A stretch of 64,000 nucleotides of DNA, from positions 89,590,001-89,654,000 of the forward strand of contig OZ024745.1 of the NCBI GenBank assembly GCA_964016885.1. Direction: 5' to 3'. Source of the stretch: Eledone cirrhosa. Its lineage: Eukaryota. Every line of letters begins with the position of its first letter. The first letter of the stretch is position 1. Shown here piece after piece: positions 49,665 through 61,946 of the stretch. The notes under the pieces were generated by a model. That model saw only the letters and a program-made list of their open reading frames with translations. It was not told the DNA's origin and did no database searches. A program made the position numbers and the translations under genes.

Positions 49665-51830
49665 GCAATAGTCAATAGTGTTCAAATACGCTTAACTAGA
49701 TTATCCGCTAACAAATCCATTTTTGATGAACAAGCTGGATATTATAACGAGGCGTTGCATAAGGCAGGATATAAAAATAATATTGAATATATAGATAATA
49801 CTAATTCGAATTATAAATTAGGTAAAAATACAAATAACATAAATAAAGCGGACTCTAAAAATTATTGAAATATAAATAAAAATACTAATTTCGTGAATAA
49901 ATCTCGGAAAAAAATCAGAACCAAATCAGTTATTTGGTATGCACCTCCCGCGGCTTTAGCTATCAAAAACACCCCTAGCACAATTATTTTTTAAGACATT
50001 AGATAATTGCTTTCCCAGAACACATAAGTACCATTCCATATTCAATAGACACACAATTAAGCTATCTTATTCTACAACTATGAATATAGCTCAGAACATT
50101 GCAGAAATAAATAGTAGAATTCTTAGTCATAACCAACAAACAATTAGGGATAATGACAATATTAACATTAGCAATAATATTGATACTGTGAATAACAATA
50201 ACATTAATTTAAGCACTCACATTAGAACACCTGCAAGTATTATCAATGATAACGTGTACAGTTTAAATTATAGTAATAACAGTAAATCGAAATGTAACTG
50301 TAGAAATGAATCGAATTGTCCTCTACAAAATAATTGTCTTGATAAGAAACTAGTTTATAAATGTACCGTTAACGCAAATAACATCACCTACAACTATATA
50401 GGTGCAGCTTCATCGAGTTTTAAATTACGATTTTCTAATCACAAACACTCTTTTTCGAATCCGGATGAGAAATTCTCTACCTCTTTATCACAACTTATAT
50501 GGTCGTTAAAAGACAAACTTTTAAAATACTCAATATTTTGGTCCAAACTTTGTAATAGTCAAGTCTACTTACATTCCTCGATCGCTTCTAACTGCAATCT
50601 TTGCAATATGGAGACCCTATTAATAATTATTAATAATTATGATAATTTAATTAACAAAAAAAGGGAATTATTTTCAAATTGCTTGCACAAAGCTGCATCT
50701 ACATTCCAAGGTTCACAAAAAACCAGGAAAAAACATTGAATAAACGTGAAATGATTTAGACGTTTATTAATAATTCCGAGCGTGAAACGATATTGTCTCA
50801 GATTAAAAATTCTTGTAATGCTTTTATTATTTATGCTATTATTAATATTGGATTAAGGGTTTCTACCTAAACATAGAAACTGTTAACCTGATCTCTTGTT
50901 GAGTATGTATGACCTTTAGAGTGTTTAAATATTTAATTTTGTTTTTTGTATTTTTTAAATCTTATATCTTATATATTTGATAGATCTCGTAAACCGTTTG
51001 ATTACTTTAAATGTTTGTTTATGATTCACGAGGATATGATTGTTGATTATATTTTTTATTTTAATATAATTTTAAATATACTTTAGAATACTTTTGGAGT
51101 TATGATAGACATTTATCTCTTTTACGTTACATTTGCTTTAACTCTGACATAATACATAATATAAATCCTTTCAAATTTTATAGTCTAAAATCTCATGTCA
51201 TTTGATTAATTGACTATTTCTAATTAACTTAAGATTTGAAATTAAATGGTCACGCATCATATGCCTAGATATTCTTCCTCCCTATCTAATTATACGCTAT
51301 TTATACGTTATCATTCATATCTTCCTCTCTTTGTTTATACTATTAAACTTATTTTCATTTCTTCCCTCTATCCATTGATCACCCCTCACTATCTCATATA
51401 TCTCCCTTTTTTATGTTCCTACGATCAAATCTCTTTCTTTTCTTCTCTCTTTCCTCGTGATTAGCTTTCTCGATCTCTCGCTTCCTCTATCTGCAATAAT
51501 GTGGTATGCATATCTTATTATTTAAATGTTTAACAGTTATGTAAGTTTATGTATTATATATTATTAGTTATTTATTATTATATATATTTATAAACATTCT
51601 CATACGTACCCTCTGTATTATATGTAATTTTCATGTTTTCAACTTAAGGTTTATAAATATTGAGTTTTGTCATGACTGAATTATAACCATCAACATAGTC
51701 AAGGTATGTCAGGCATCAACTTATTTTATCTGATGAGGACGTACTGTTGAAATAGCTCAGTACTTCTGAAATATGTATAATAAAATATATTTGATCACAT
51801 GAATGACTATATTTATTAATATTTTGAAGT
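49661..51830 (+). mobile_element. 5'-truncated Penelope-like element with ~1.1 kb 3' region ending in a HHR
   Basis: Decayed RT end (RLTRLS...Y.EAL..AGY, IWYAPP) plus ORF 50080-50739 with CNCRN...CPL..NCL...LVYKC...YIG...FK.RF.NH..SF...CNLC..E. Confidence 0.9.
51722..51787 (+). ncRNA. type I hammerhead, family A-related
   Basis: TATTTTAT-CTGATGA-GGACGTACTG..CAGTACTTCT-GAAA-TATGTA-TA-ATAAAATA; stem II covaries with other family A copies. Confidence 0.9.
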
Positions 51831-51859
51831 AATATATATATATATATAGAGAGAGATTA

Positions 51860-53100
51860 CAATAATCAAAGGTCAGTTTAAGTCATTTATTTGCTTACAA
51901 TTGTTTCCTCCAAACCGAGGTTTGGATTCTTCGAAGCAACTATTTACTGATCTATAACATACTTGACCTCCTTTTCAACCCAAGAGACACATAAAACATA
52001 TGCGCATATTGATCAACAGTGGGGTGACATTCATCAAATGATATAGCATGGCAATTTACATGTAAAGGTTACAGGATAAAAATAAAAATAAAAATAAAAG
52101 CAAGAATGAAAATAAAGATAAACATGAAGCGTTGGCAGTCTATGAAGATAAAGCAAGAGGAAAGCTTAGAGTAGTCAGTGTATGAAACAATCTCACGTGT
52201 AGCATGCACGCGTGTCTTATTTATACATGATTAGAGTGCGTCAGAATGATATTTGCAGGGTCAGGCAGTTGAAGCAGGCAATCGATCTTATTATGTGGGC
52301 TGAATTATTAAGTCATTTATTCTCATACATCTATATGATATACAGTCTCGGATGCAGGGAAACACCAAAATATCACAAACTTTCAACATACTATAAACCT
52401 TATTGTATCGTAGGCAAAGCCGTACCACTGTCTTCGCTCACACCACCACTCACATAATCCATGAGACGCAATATATAGAACACGTGTCTATCGTATGATT
52501 CACGATGGTTCAGCATATAATCAAGTTATACACCGTATCCAGCTGTCCAGATTCCGGAAGTGTCTGAATGACTAAGGGGAATTAATGCGTAAGGGGAGGT
52601 AACTAGCTAGTTATCTTAGTTAAATTACTATCCTAAACTACATTAATGGTGATTCAAATACGTGCCTATCATATGAAGTTATAACTAATTTCTAGAGTAT
52701 GTTTCCCAAGTATAGGTTAGAGAGTTGTCCATTAAGAAGTACAAGGGTGTATATATTAGGATGATTACCATACATTAAGGGGTGTCATATCTGAACATTC
52801 TATAAGAGGAGTCAGACTCTCAAGTCACTGTTCCATGCAAATGTAATATAACAGTAGGACCTGGTATGGTCCCACTATCATATATGCCCCCCCCCCGGTA
52901 GGCTTCGGGTCATTGCATGTCTGAATCTCCGGTAAATCTTCGGTATGGTCCGGAGATCCAATTTCACATATAAAGGCACTAGTCTGGTCATCAAGCAATA
53001 GACAACCCCCATCTCATATATAAATCAATTAAGTATCACATCTACAAGTTAGAGTGGAGTCTATTAATAGGTACTAAAGGAGTTCACATCAAGATGATTA
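51860..53100 (-). mobile_element. PLE 3' non-coding region (relative of 3020-4400)
   Basis: Collinear blocks such as TTGACCTCCTTT, CAGTGG.GTGACAT and CCGGAAGT..TAAGGGG.GGTAACTAGCT. Confidence 0.7.
51891..51939 (-). ncRNA. hammerhead, family C (core TCGAAGA)
   Basis: TTGCT-TCGAAGA-ATCCAAACC-TC-GGTTTGGAG-GAAA-CAATTG-TA-AGCAA. Confidence 0.65.
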
Positions 53101-55103
53101 CAATCTGGAGATTAAATCTCTCATACCAGGGCACCTGTCTGGCCACCAAGTAATACGTAAACTCACATCCCACATATAGATCAGGTATCCCATCTACAAG
53201 CTAGAGTGGAGTCCAGTAACAAGTACTAAAGGAGTTCGTATCATGATGACTACAATCAACATGGGGTGCCACACCCGGCCAATCCATAAGAAGAGTCAGG
53301 CCACATAATTAATTACATGGGTCTCACTATCAGTAATGGTCTTATTATCATACATGACTCCCGGCGAGATTCAGGTCGTAGTATGACTGCATCCCCAATA
53401 AATTCACCAGGGTGGTCCGGTGGCCGGTTCTCTCGTCAAAAGGTGCCGGTCAGGTCACCAGGCAACACAGAGGCTCCTAACTCATGCATCTCCTGTGCAT
53501 AATTCATTGAACTGATCGTTTACAGTATATATTCACATAACAATACGATTATCCATCTAATCATCAATCTATCTCTTGGTGGGAATCCATGCACAGGACT
53601 ATGATATCGCAACCAGTACCGTGTCCCCGGTTTATACTAATCTTATATTTGCCTGGTGACCTGTGTCTGGGGTGTGGCGCGTGATGATGAAGGTTCGGAG
53701 GAATTAAAGTATACATACACACACACGTACACACACACGTACACACACAAACACACACAGATACACACACATATATATATACACTCAGAAAATGGTGAGG
53801 TTGTAAGATAAGGGTGTTTGAGAAGGTGGTGGTAAACATACTCTCCTGCTGGTTTTATTTCATTGACTGACCTTTGATGAGTATATAATGGCATAGCTGA
53901 ATCTACTCTTCCAACCTATCTGCACGATAGTAACACACCCCACACTAATTACGGCGTAATTCGGGCTGTTTGTTTACAAACAAACCGAACATTATAATAC
54001 ATGTTCGGTAAACCCATACGTACATATATATATGTGTGTATGTATGTATACATACTACTGTACGTCTGTATACATATATGTATGTACGTATACATACTTA
54101 CAAAAAATATATATATATATGTTTGTATAATATGTATATATGTGTATGGTGTATGTATATATATATGGTATATATGTGTATATATGTGTATAAAATATAT
54201 ATAAAATGTGTGTGTGTGGGTGTTTTGTGTATGTGTATATATGTGTGTGTATGTATGTGTGTGTATATATGTATATGTATGTGTATGTATATATATATAT
54301 GGGTGTGTATGTGTATGTATGTGTGTATATATATATATATGTGTATGTATGTGTTGATATGTGTTTGTATGTAGTATATATGGACTGTAGATATATTTAC
54401 ATATAGGGAAGTGAATATGTGAGCCAGCCTGTCCCCCCCCCCCCACACACACAGACACTTCCACTCCCAAACCAATATCAACAACACATCTTTGGCAAAT
54501 GTTCTCAAACTACTTTTCTCTTTTTACTGTCATCCCATTCTTATCAAAAGACATGTATCTTACACCTCATTAAAACCCAGACAAGCACCTAAAGTCATCT
54601 TTGATATAGAAATTTGTAGGAGATATTATTTATGGATTTTGAAGCGTTGCTTCAGCTATGACTTTATATATTCATCAAAGGTCAGTTAATGAAATAAAAC
54701 CAGCAAGAGAGTATGTTTACGACCACCTTCTCAAACACACTTATCTTACAACCTCACCATTTTCTGAGTGTATATATGAGTGTGTGTGTATGTGTGTGTG
54801 TGTACGTGTGTGTGTATGTATTCATTAACACCACACGCCACACCCCAGTCACATCCAAATCTCTCTTATATATAGTCACACATTTTAACACAACCTGATC
54901 TCAGTTTGACAATCGCCACTGACAGACGAATGCGAGAAAGTTAACCAGGAATCTATAAATTCTTCCCATCGAAGTTAACTTACTGGATCTACCAACTCAT
55001 AATATTATAATATTATAAAATTAAATCAAACATTTTTGTGAAGTCATTCTTTTCCTTTTTTCAAATATACCTAACTGTACCAAGGATCTCACACATATTC
55101 CAG

Positions 55104-55135
<32 letters not shown>

Positions 55136-56103
55136 CTAGCAGAAGTACCCGGCGTTGCCCGGGTGTAAGTCGACCTTTGCTCTGTTGTTAAAATGTGTGT
55201 AAGTTACTTCCCGCGCATCACAGGTGCAAAAAACTTCGAACCTCAAGGAACAAAAACGGAGGTTAGTAGACGCAGGTGTGTAATTGAGCATAAATAATGG
55301 ATCAATTGTAGGTAGACAGTGTATCGTTTAAATTCTTCTTTGCACGACTGACGGAAGTCAAATTGACTTGAAATTGAATGTTCAGTTGATTTTTAAAGCA
55401 GGGATTTTTACAGTTTTTATTTTTATTTTTGCAATTTTCGCGCCTACATGTGCAGAAGAAGAAATAAAAGGGACTTTATCTGAACTGCGGCATAACGGCG
55501 AGTCTTTTGCGACAGTTTTCTGTAAAAAGTTTTCCCATGTGCAGCATTGTCTTGTTTTTTACGTAAAGTCGAACCCCCGATTCAGTTTTATTGATTTTTT
55601 TCATGAATGCGTGACCTCTGAAGTAGATTTGAGTAGCTAAAAACCTGTCCCGGTAAATTTGAAATAGGTGAAAAAAAGTTGATCAAAATTGTGTATCAAA
55701 ATTGTGTATCAAAATTGTATATCAAAATTATTGCCCTTTGCAACAGCCTCAACGTGTCTTCAAGTATGGTTTCTTAAATTTCATTGGAATCGGACAAATT
55801 TCATAAATATCGATTTTTGCCTCTGGTGATCCAATTATCGATTTTTCGAAAGTTTAATGTAGCCAAGGTTCATCCCCGGATCAAGTTACATATTAGCGTC
55901 AAGTTTCATCGAAATCAGACGATTTTTGAAAGTATCGATTTTTGGCTTCTGGCGGCCCGATTATAGATTTTTCGAAAATTTCAGGTAGCCTATTTCAATC
56001 TACGTGTCGAGTTTCATATATGCGTCAAGTTTCATGAAAATCGGATGAACGGTGTAGCCTGCAAGTTCGGGGCATCAAACAAAGCCCAACTTCACTTTAT
56101 ATA
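55136..56103 (-). mobile_element. non-autonomous Helitron
   Basis: Minus-strand 5' TATATAAAG; 3' CCCGGGCAACGCCGGG hairpin then CTAG|T; inserted in (TA)n. Confidence 0.8.
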
Positions 56104-56116
56104 TATATATAGTTTT

Positions 56117-57003
56117 AAGCAGACAGTATTATTGATTTAGGTGTCATAGAAACCCTGCATTTGGATGTTACCATCAATTGGTCCAGGTCTGTTTTTATCA
56201 TTTATTTAGTTTGACCTGTTTAGCTTGATTTGTTTTTTGGCCTAGGTGGCTAATGCCTTCTTGACCACTTTTTCAGTTTGTATGGCGTTTTAACATATTG
56301 TTTAGCTCAAGTTTTCTTAACTATTGGAGCTTGCCAGCATATCTACGATCTTGCGTTTCGTTTCGCTTTTTCTACCAGCCGAAATACGATTCTCACAGAA
56401 TTTATATTTGTATTAATCTCCCGAGTCTTACAATTAACCTGTTAATAATTCTATTGACAGGTTAATTGCATAAGTTTATTTTAAAAACTACCCGGTTGAG
56501 TGCTTATTCGATTTGTGCTATCTATGTAATTTTTTGCATGATATACACATACTGAATTCATTTGCCAAAATCTAGTGTTTTTCCCCTTGTAAGTTACACA
56601 TGTGCTTTTACAAAGTTTTACGTTATTCACAAAGTTGGTGCAGAGCAAAATACCTGTTGATAACGTGATATTCCTTGTTCGATCATTATGCTAAACGCTT
56701 ATACTTTCAAGCAGACAGTATTATTGATTTAGGTGTCATAGAAACCCTTCATTTGGATTTTACCATCAATTCCATTTGGGTCCAGGTCTGTTTTTATCAT
56801 TTATTTTGTTTGACCTGTTTAGCTTGATTCGTTTTTTGGCTTAGGTGGTTAATGCCTTCTTGACCACTTTTTCAGTTTGTATGGCTTTTTAACATATTGT
56901 TTAGCTCTGGTTTTCTTAACTATTGGAGCGCTCGCCAGCATTTCTACGATTTTGCGTTTCGTTTCGCTTTTTCTACCAGCCGAAATACAATACTCACTGA
57001 ATT
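56117..57003. repeat. 1.5 tandem copies of a 592-nt non-coding monomer
   Basis: AAGCAGACAGTATTATTGATTTAGG at 56117 and 56709; hairpin at ~56431-56468. Confidence 0.85.
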
Positions 57004-57005
57004 TA

Positions 57006-57041
<36 letters not shown>

Positions 57042-57164
57042 TGTAATCTGAGGTTTTCGAATATTAATAACATTCGATTCGTTTGTAATTTTGCAAACAA
57101 GCCTCAATTTTATAGCCATGTCAGTAGAACACTTCATTCTTGCTCTTGTATTGGCATGCGAACA

Positions 57165-57214
57165 GAACTGCAGACACTAATGTTTCTGGGTATCAACCTT
57201 CATCAGTACAGCTC
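57165..57214 (-). ncRNA. type I hammerhead, family G
   Basis: As 30213, one stem II substitution. Confidence 0.8.
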
Positions 57215-57499
57215 ACTGTTCACCTGCCAACTGTCAGTGCTAGTGAAAATATATGCTATTTTCAAATATATACAGTGACTGATCGGTCTAATTTGCATAT
57301 TAGCAGACTGGCTGATCAGTCAGATCTGCATATTAGCAGATCCACTGATCAGCCAGATTTGCATATCAGCGGACTGGCCTGTCAGTTTCCTGTATACGAG
57401 CGATAAATGGCCGGCTTTGCCAAATTCAAATAAAACAGAAAATTTCGCTCTACATGGCTGAATACAATAAATGTAACCTGAGTTTTTCGAATATTAATA

Positions 57500-57627
57500 A
57501 TTGTTTCTACTTTTGGCACAAAGCCAGAAATTACTCAGTGCATTACTGGTACCTTATTTTATCGACCCTGCAAGGATGAAAGGCAAAGTTAACCTCGGCG
57601 GGATTTGAACTCAGAATGGCAAGGGCT
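57500..57627 (-). mobile_element. 5'-truncated tRNA SINE inserted in a family G monomer
   Basis: Same SINE family; TAATAA on both sides (possible TSD). Confidence 0.8.
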
Positions 57628-57733
57628 AATAATAACATTCGATTCGTTTACAATTTTGCAAAGAAGCCTCAATTTTATAGCCATGTCAGTAGAATGAACA
57701 CATCATTCTTGCTCTTGTGTTGTCATGCGAACA

Positions 57734-57783
57734 GATCTGCAGACACTAATGTTTCTGGGTATCACCCTTCATCAGTACAGCTC
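57734..57783 (-). ncRNA. type I hammerhead, family G
   Basis: Intact core and GUC. Confidence 0.85.
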
Positions 57784-57904
57784 ACTGTTCACATGCCAAA
57801 CATCAACCAGTCTCCTAATATGCAAATCAGGCCGATCAGTCACTGTGTATTTTTGAAAATAGCATATATTTTCACTAGCTCTCACAGTTTGGCAAGTGAA
57901 CAGT

Positions 57905-57954
57905 GAGCTGTACTGATGAAGGGTGATACCCAGAAACATTAGTGTTTGCAGTTC
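57905..57954 (+). ncRNA. type I hammerhead, family G (GUU site)
   Basis: GAGCTGTA-CTGATGA-AGGGTGATACCCA-GAAA-CATTAGTG-TT-TGCAGTTC. Confidence 0.85.
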
Positions 57955-58502
57955 TGTTCGCATGCCAAAATAAGAGCAAGAATGAAGTGTTCATTCTACT
58001 TACAAGGCTATAAAATTGAGGCTTGTTTGCAAAATTGCAAACGAATCGAATGTTATTATTAATATTCGAAAAACTCAGATTACATTTATTGTATTCAATC
58101 ATGTAGAGCGAACCTTTCTTTTATATAAATATATATATCTTTTCTCTGTATTCTTCTCTCCATTCTTTCTCTCTCCTCCTCCGTCTTCTTTTCATTTCTT
58201 TCTTCCTCTCTCGTTATGTTCTCTTCTCTCTCTCTCTTTCTATCTCTCATTCTCACTGTCTTCTTCATCTCTCTCTCGCTCATTCCCATCTCTCTCTCAA
58301 CCGCATACCTTTTGTCCTCCTCTCTGTCAGTTTTTCCCTTACTTTTATGTTTTCTCTCCCTCTCTCTTCTAGTGGTTCGTTAAATAGAGATCAATACAAT
58401 AAGTAATAAATTGAAAATCAAACACACTTACACACACACACACATACACACAAATATTTGGACTTGGTACCTGGAAAGCCCTCTTGAAAGAGATACAAAA
58501 AA

Positions 58503-58686
58503 TAGTTGTTTCACTTTTGGCCAAAGGCCAACAATAACACCCAGTGTATTACAGGTACTTTATTTTATCGACCCCGTAAGAATGAAAGGCAAAGGTAACC
58601 TCGGCGGGATTTGAACTCAGAACGTAGAGGACCGTAACTCTATGCTGCAAAGCATGGCGTCCGACCCTCTAATGATACTGCCAGTA
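58503..58686 (-). mobile_element. tRNA-derived SINE
   Basis: Same family as 30421. Confidence 0.82.
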
Positions 58687-59255
58687 TCAATGCTGACTGG
58701 TATTATCCATGTCCAGAGAAGAGCATAATCAATTTAAAATCCTTGTAAAGACATTTATTGTTGTTGCCATCCTTGTGACATCATTTGTATGATTGATTCT
58801 CAAATTTTTCCTCTGGTGTCAAGTTGACACTCCGCATGCTTTGAAATAGAATCAGAAGTCAAAGGAAGATTCAAATAATTCTTATACTATTACTACTACT
58901 AACACTACTCTCATATATGCTCGCTTGTAACCGGACTGCTATCATCGTGTGCCAAACTCGTGGCGAGCATATCAAAAACAAAAATATTTCAACTTAACAC
59001 CTTTCTAATGACACATCAAAGTAATATCATGCAATCACTTTAATGTCTTCGAAAATGCGGATTACGGGATTATATAATAAATAGAGGATGTATACATAAA
59101 ACCGTTTCTCTTCTTTATAATATAGACACTCCGCCTGATATCTTATAGGTAATACCTTAAGGTACCCATATCATTGAGTGCTTACGTCTGTTTACACTAC
59201 GATCGGTCGATTGATTGATTAACAAACGTTTCTTTATTTGGAATAATTATATATA

Positions 59256-59341
<86 letters not shown>

Positions 59342-60217
59342 CGTGTGTGTTTAAAGATGTATGTATTTATGTATGCATATAGCTTCATATACATACATGA
59401 AAAATACATGAATAAGGAAATGAGTAAATTACTATATTTCTATAGATTTACTATATATTTTCAGTCTATTAGACCTTGCCAGGAAAATTATGTTTTAACA
59501 ATGGGGCAACTATATATAAATCATATTTAGATGAAAGCTAAACTGGTTTGAATCTATGGGTAAGTGGGCGGGAATGTGGGTTGAGATCTATGTCTGTTAG
59601 TGACGTTTTTTTGCTGTGACTGTAAATTGAAATGTTATATTGATTTCAAGTTATGACGGGATTGACTGGCAGCTTGTATTATTTCAGTGATATAATTTGT
59701 GATGTATAGCATTTTCGTGTGAAAATGGACGATGGATAGATCTACAATAGGAAGGAATAGATAAACGAGTCCGTTTAAAGCACGAGAAAAAGAGTATATA
59801 TGTAAGAAGGCGTGAGAAGGGAGAGAAAATGGAAGAGGAACTAGTTCTTTTTTAATATATATAATCTGAAGAAAAGAACTAATAGAAGGGACTAAGAAAA
59901 TGTAAAAGGTTAGTCGTTAATAGAATATCTAAATTGATGTTAAAGGTTGATAGAAAGAAAAAAAAATTAAATACAGTTATGTGGGGAAATTTACCTGCTT
60001 TCTCACTCCGCCAGAAATAGAAGACATATTTGAATGAAATCACTCGTTAACATGATTAAAAGGACATAGTGAGAAATGTAATGCTGGGATTACTGCACAT
60101 AAGCAAACGACAGGATGGCATGCCTGGAATATGGTCAGTTCTTTCAAGGCAAAGTGGAGGCTAAACAATAAAACAACATATACATACAGACATACATATG
60201 CCCATATACATACACCC

Positions 60218-60280
<63 letters not shown>

Positions 60281-60282
60281 GC

Positions 60283-60327
<45 letters not shown>

Positions 60328-61251
60328 AATATATATATATATAAAAATTAAAATGTATGTCTGTCTGTCTGTTTGTTTGTCTGTGTGTGTGTGTCTGTTC
60401 CGCAGCAACTTTTGATCCGCAAGGCCGATTTTCAAAGTTTCTTTTGTAATCAACCACAAATTTATCAGGGCAGGTCGGCACGGCATTGCGAATTATCGAC
60501 TCTCCCTTTGTCCAGGTAAAAACATCTACAAAACTGACTATAGGTACGACTTTGCACAGAAAAAATCTCTTTATCTATAAAAATGAAAAAGAAAGAGTGA
60601 GAGTGAAAGAAACGAACAGACTAAAAGAGGGGGATAGCGGGGGAGAGGGGGCGACAGATGCTGTGTTTGATACATGACAGTGGAAGAGGGGAAGGAAAGC
60701 TATAACTAATTAACATATGTGCGTGTGTGTGTTCGTGCAGCGTTCCAGTAAGAGTTAAATCTACTAACACGTGTGTGTACGTGCACGCGTGCGTGCTTAA
60801 GTTTGCGTGCGTTTGAGCGTTTGTGTGCGTGTGTGTGTGTGTGTACGTGCATGTGGCGTTTCACTTACGCCATTTTTTCAGTGACAGTAGTTATTGTAGA
60901 TGATAATTTATTTATAACCTACAATTTAACTGTAAATGATCTGAGAAAACCAAGTGAAAGAAACTTAGAAGGATAAACACCAACTCTCACCTTCTTCAAA
61001 TCACAACCTAGATTCAGACTGCTACATTTCTACCGAAGCGATACCCACAAGTCTAACACAGAAAATACATAATGAACCACAAATTTATCAGGGCAGGTCG
61101 GCACGACATTGTATTGCTTTATACCTTACAATTAAAAATTTACTACATGCAGCAGTCATTTTAAAGTGCCATATTTTTAACCATAAATTTTGAGTTTATC
61201 TCTTAACTGTGTATATCCTGATACATTAATTTATGCTACAGCTATGCTAAG

Positions 61252-61441
61252 GGCGGTGAATTGGCAGTATCGGTAGAGAGTTGGACGCCATGCTTTGACG
61301 CATAGAGTTACTGCCCTTGCCATTCTGAGTTCAAATCCCGCCGAGGTTAACTTTGCCTTTCATCCTTACGGGGTCGATAAAATAAAGTACCAGTAATGTA
61401 CTGGGTAATTGCTGGCCTTGTGCTAAAAGTAGAAACAATTA
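61252..61441 (+). mobile_element. tRNA-derived SINE
   Basis: TGGCAGTATCGG, GAGTTCAAATCC; flanked by (AAT)TTATGCTACAG duplication. Confidence 0.88.
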
Positions 61442-61946
61442 ATTTATGCTACAGTAGTTCTTTAACGTTAAGCTTATTTTTTTTTAGCTACCTTTTTACC
61501 ACTTCGGTAAATGTTTCATTTTTAATGTGATTGTAAAGATACCCTACAAGTATGCCACGGCGATCACGCTCCTGCATTGGGCGCAAAACCTCCAGTTGTT
61601 TGATAATGAAACGAAGGCGAGCTAATGAAACGCCCCATATTGAATGCCCAACGGCACAATACTCAACAGCAAAATTTAACAGCAGTTAATTATTCTTATT
61701 AGCTCCATAAATACCACTGAATTAAAGCCTGCTGTAGTCGTTATTTAGTTAAAAAATGCTCTATAAGGTAAAACAAAGCCCTTACATCCCCTACCAGTAG
61801 TATAAACGGCATACTACTTATTTTATTACGAACTAGAAGAAATAATCCTTCCTCCAACGACTACTTCTTCGGCAATAGGCAAAGTCACCTCTTCTCACCA
61901 TACTTAAATTCTATTGCAGTAAATGTTTACTTCGGCATATTATACA

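Larger units (their letters stand above)
57039..58118. mobile_element. family G: ~1.5 tandem 431-nt monomers (interrupted by a SINE) plus fold-back arm
   Basis: AATGTAA.CTGAG.TTTTCGAATATTAATAA at 57039 and 57470; inverted arm ~57805-58118. Confidence 0.85.

Noticed and set aside
54915-54990. CTGACAGA..GAAAGTTAAC..GTTAACT hammerhead-like motif
   Set aside because: Core has an extra base and stem I does not register; too degenerate
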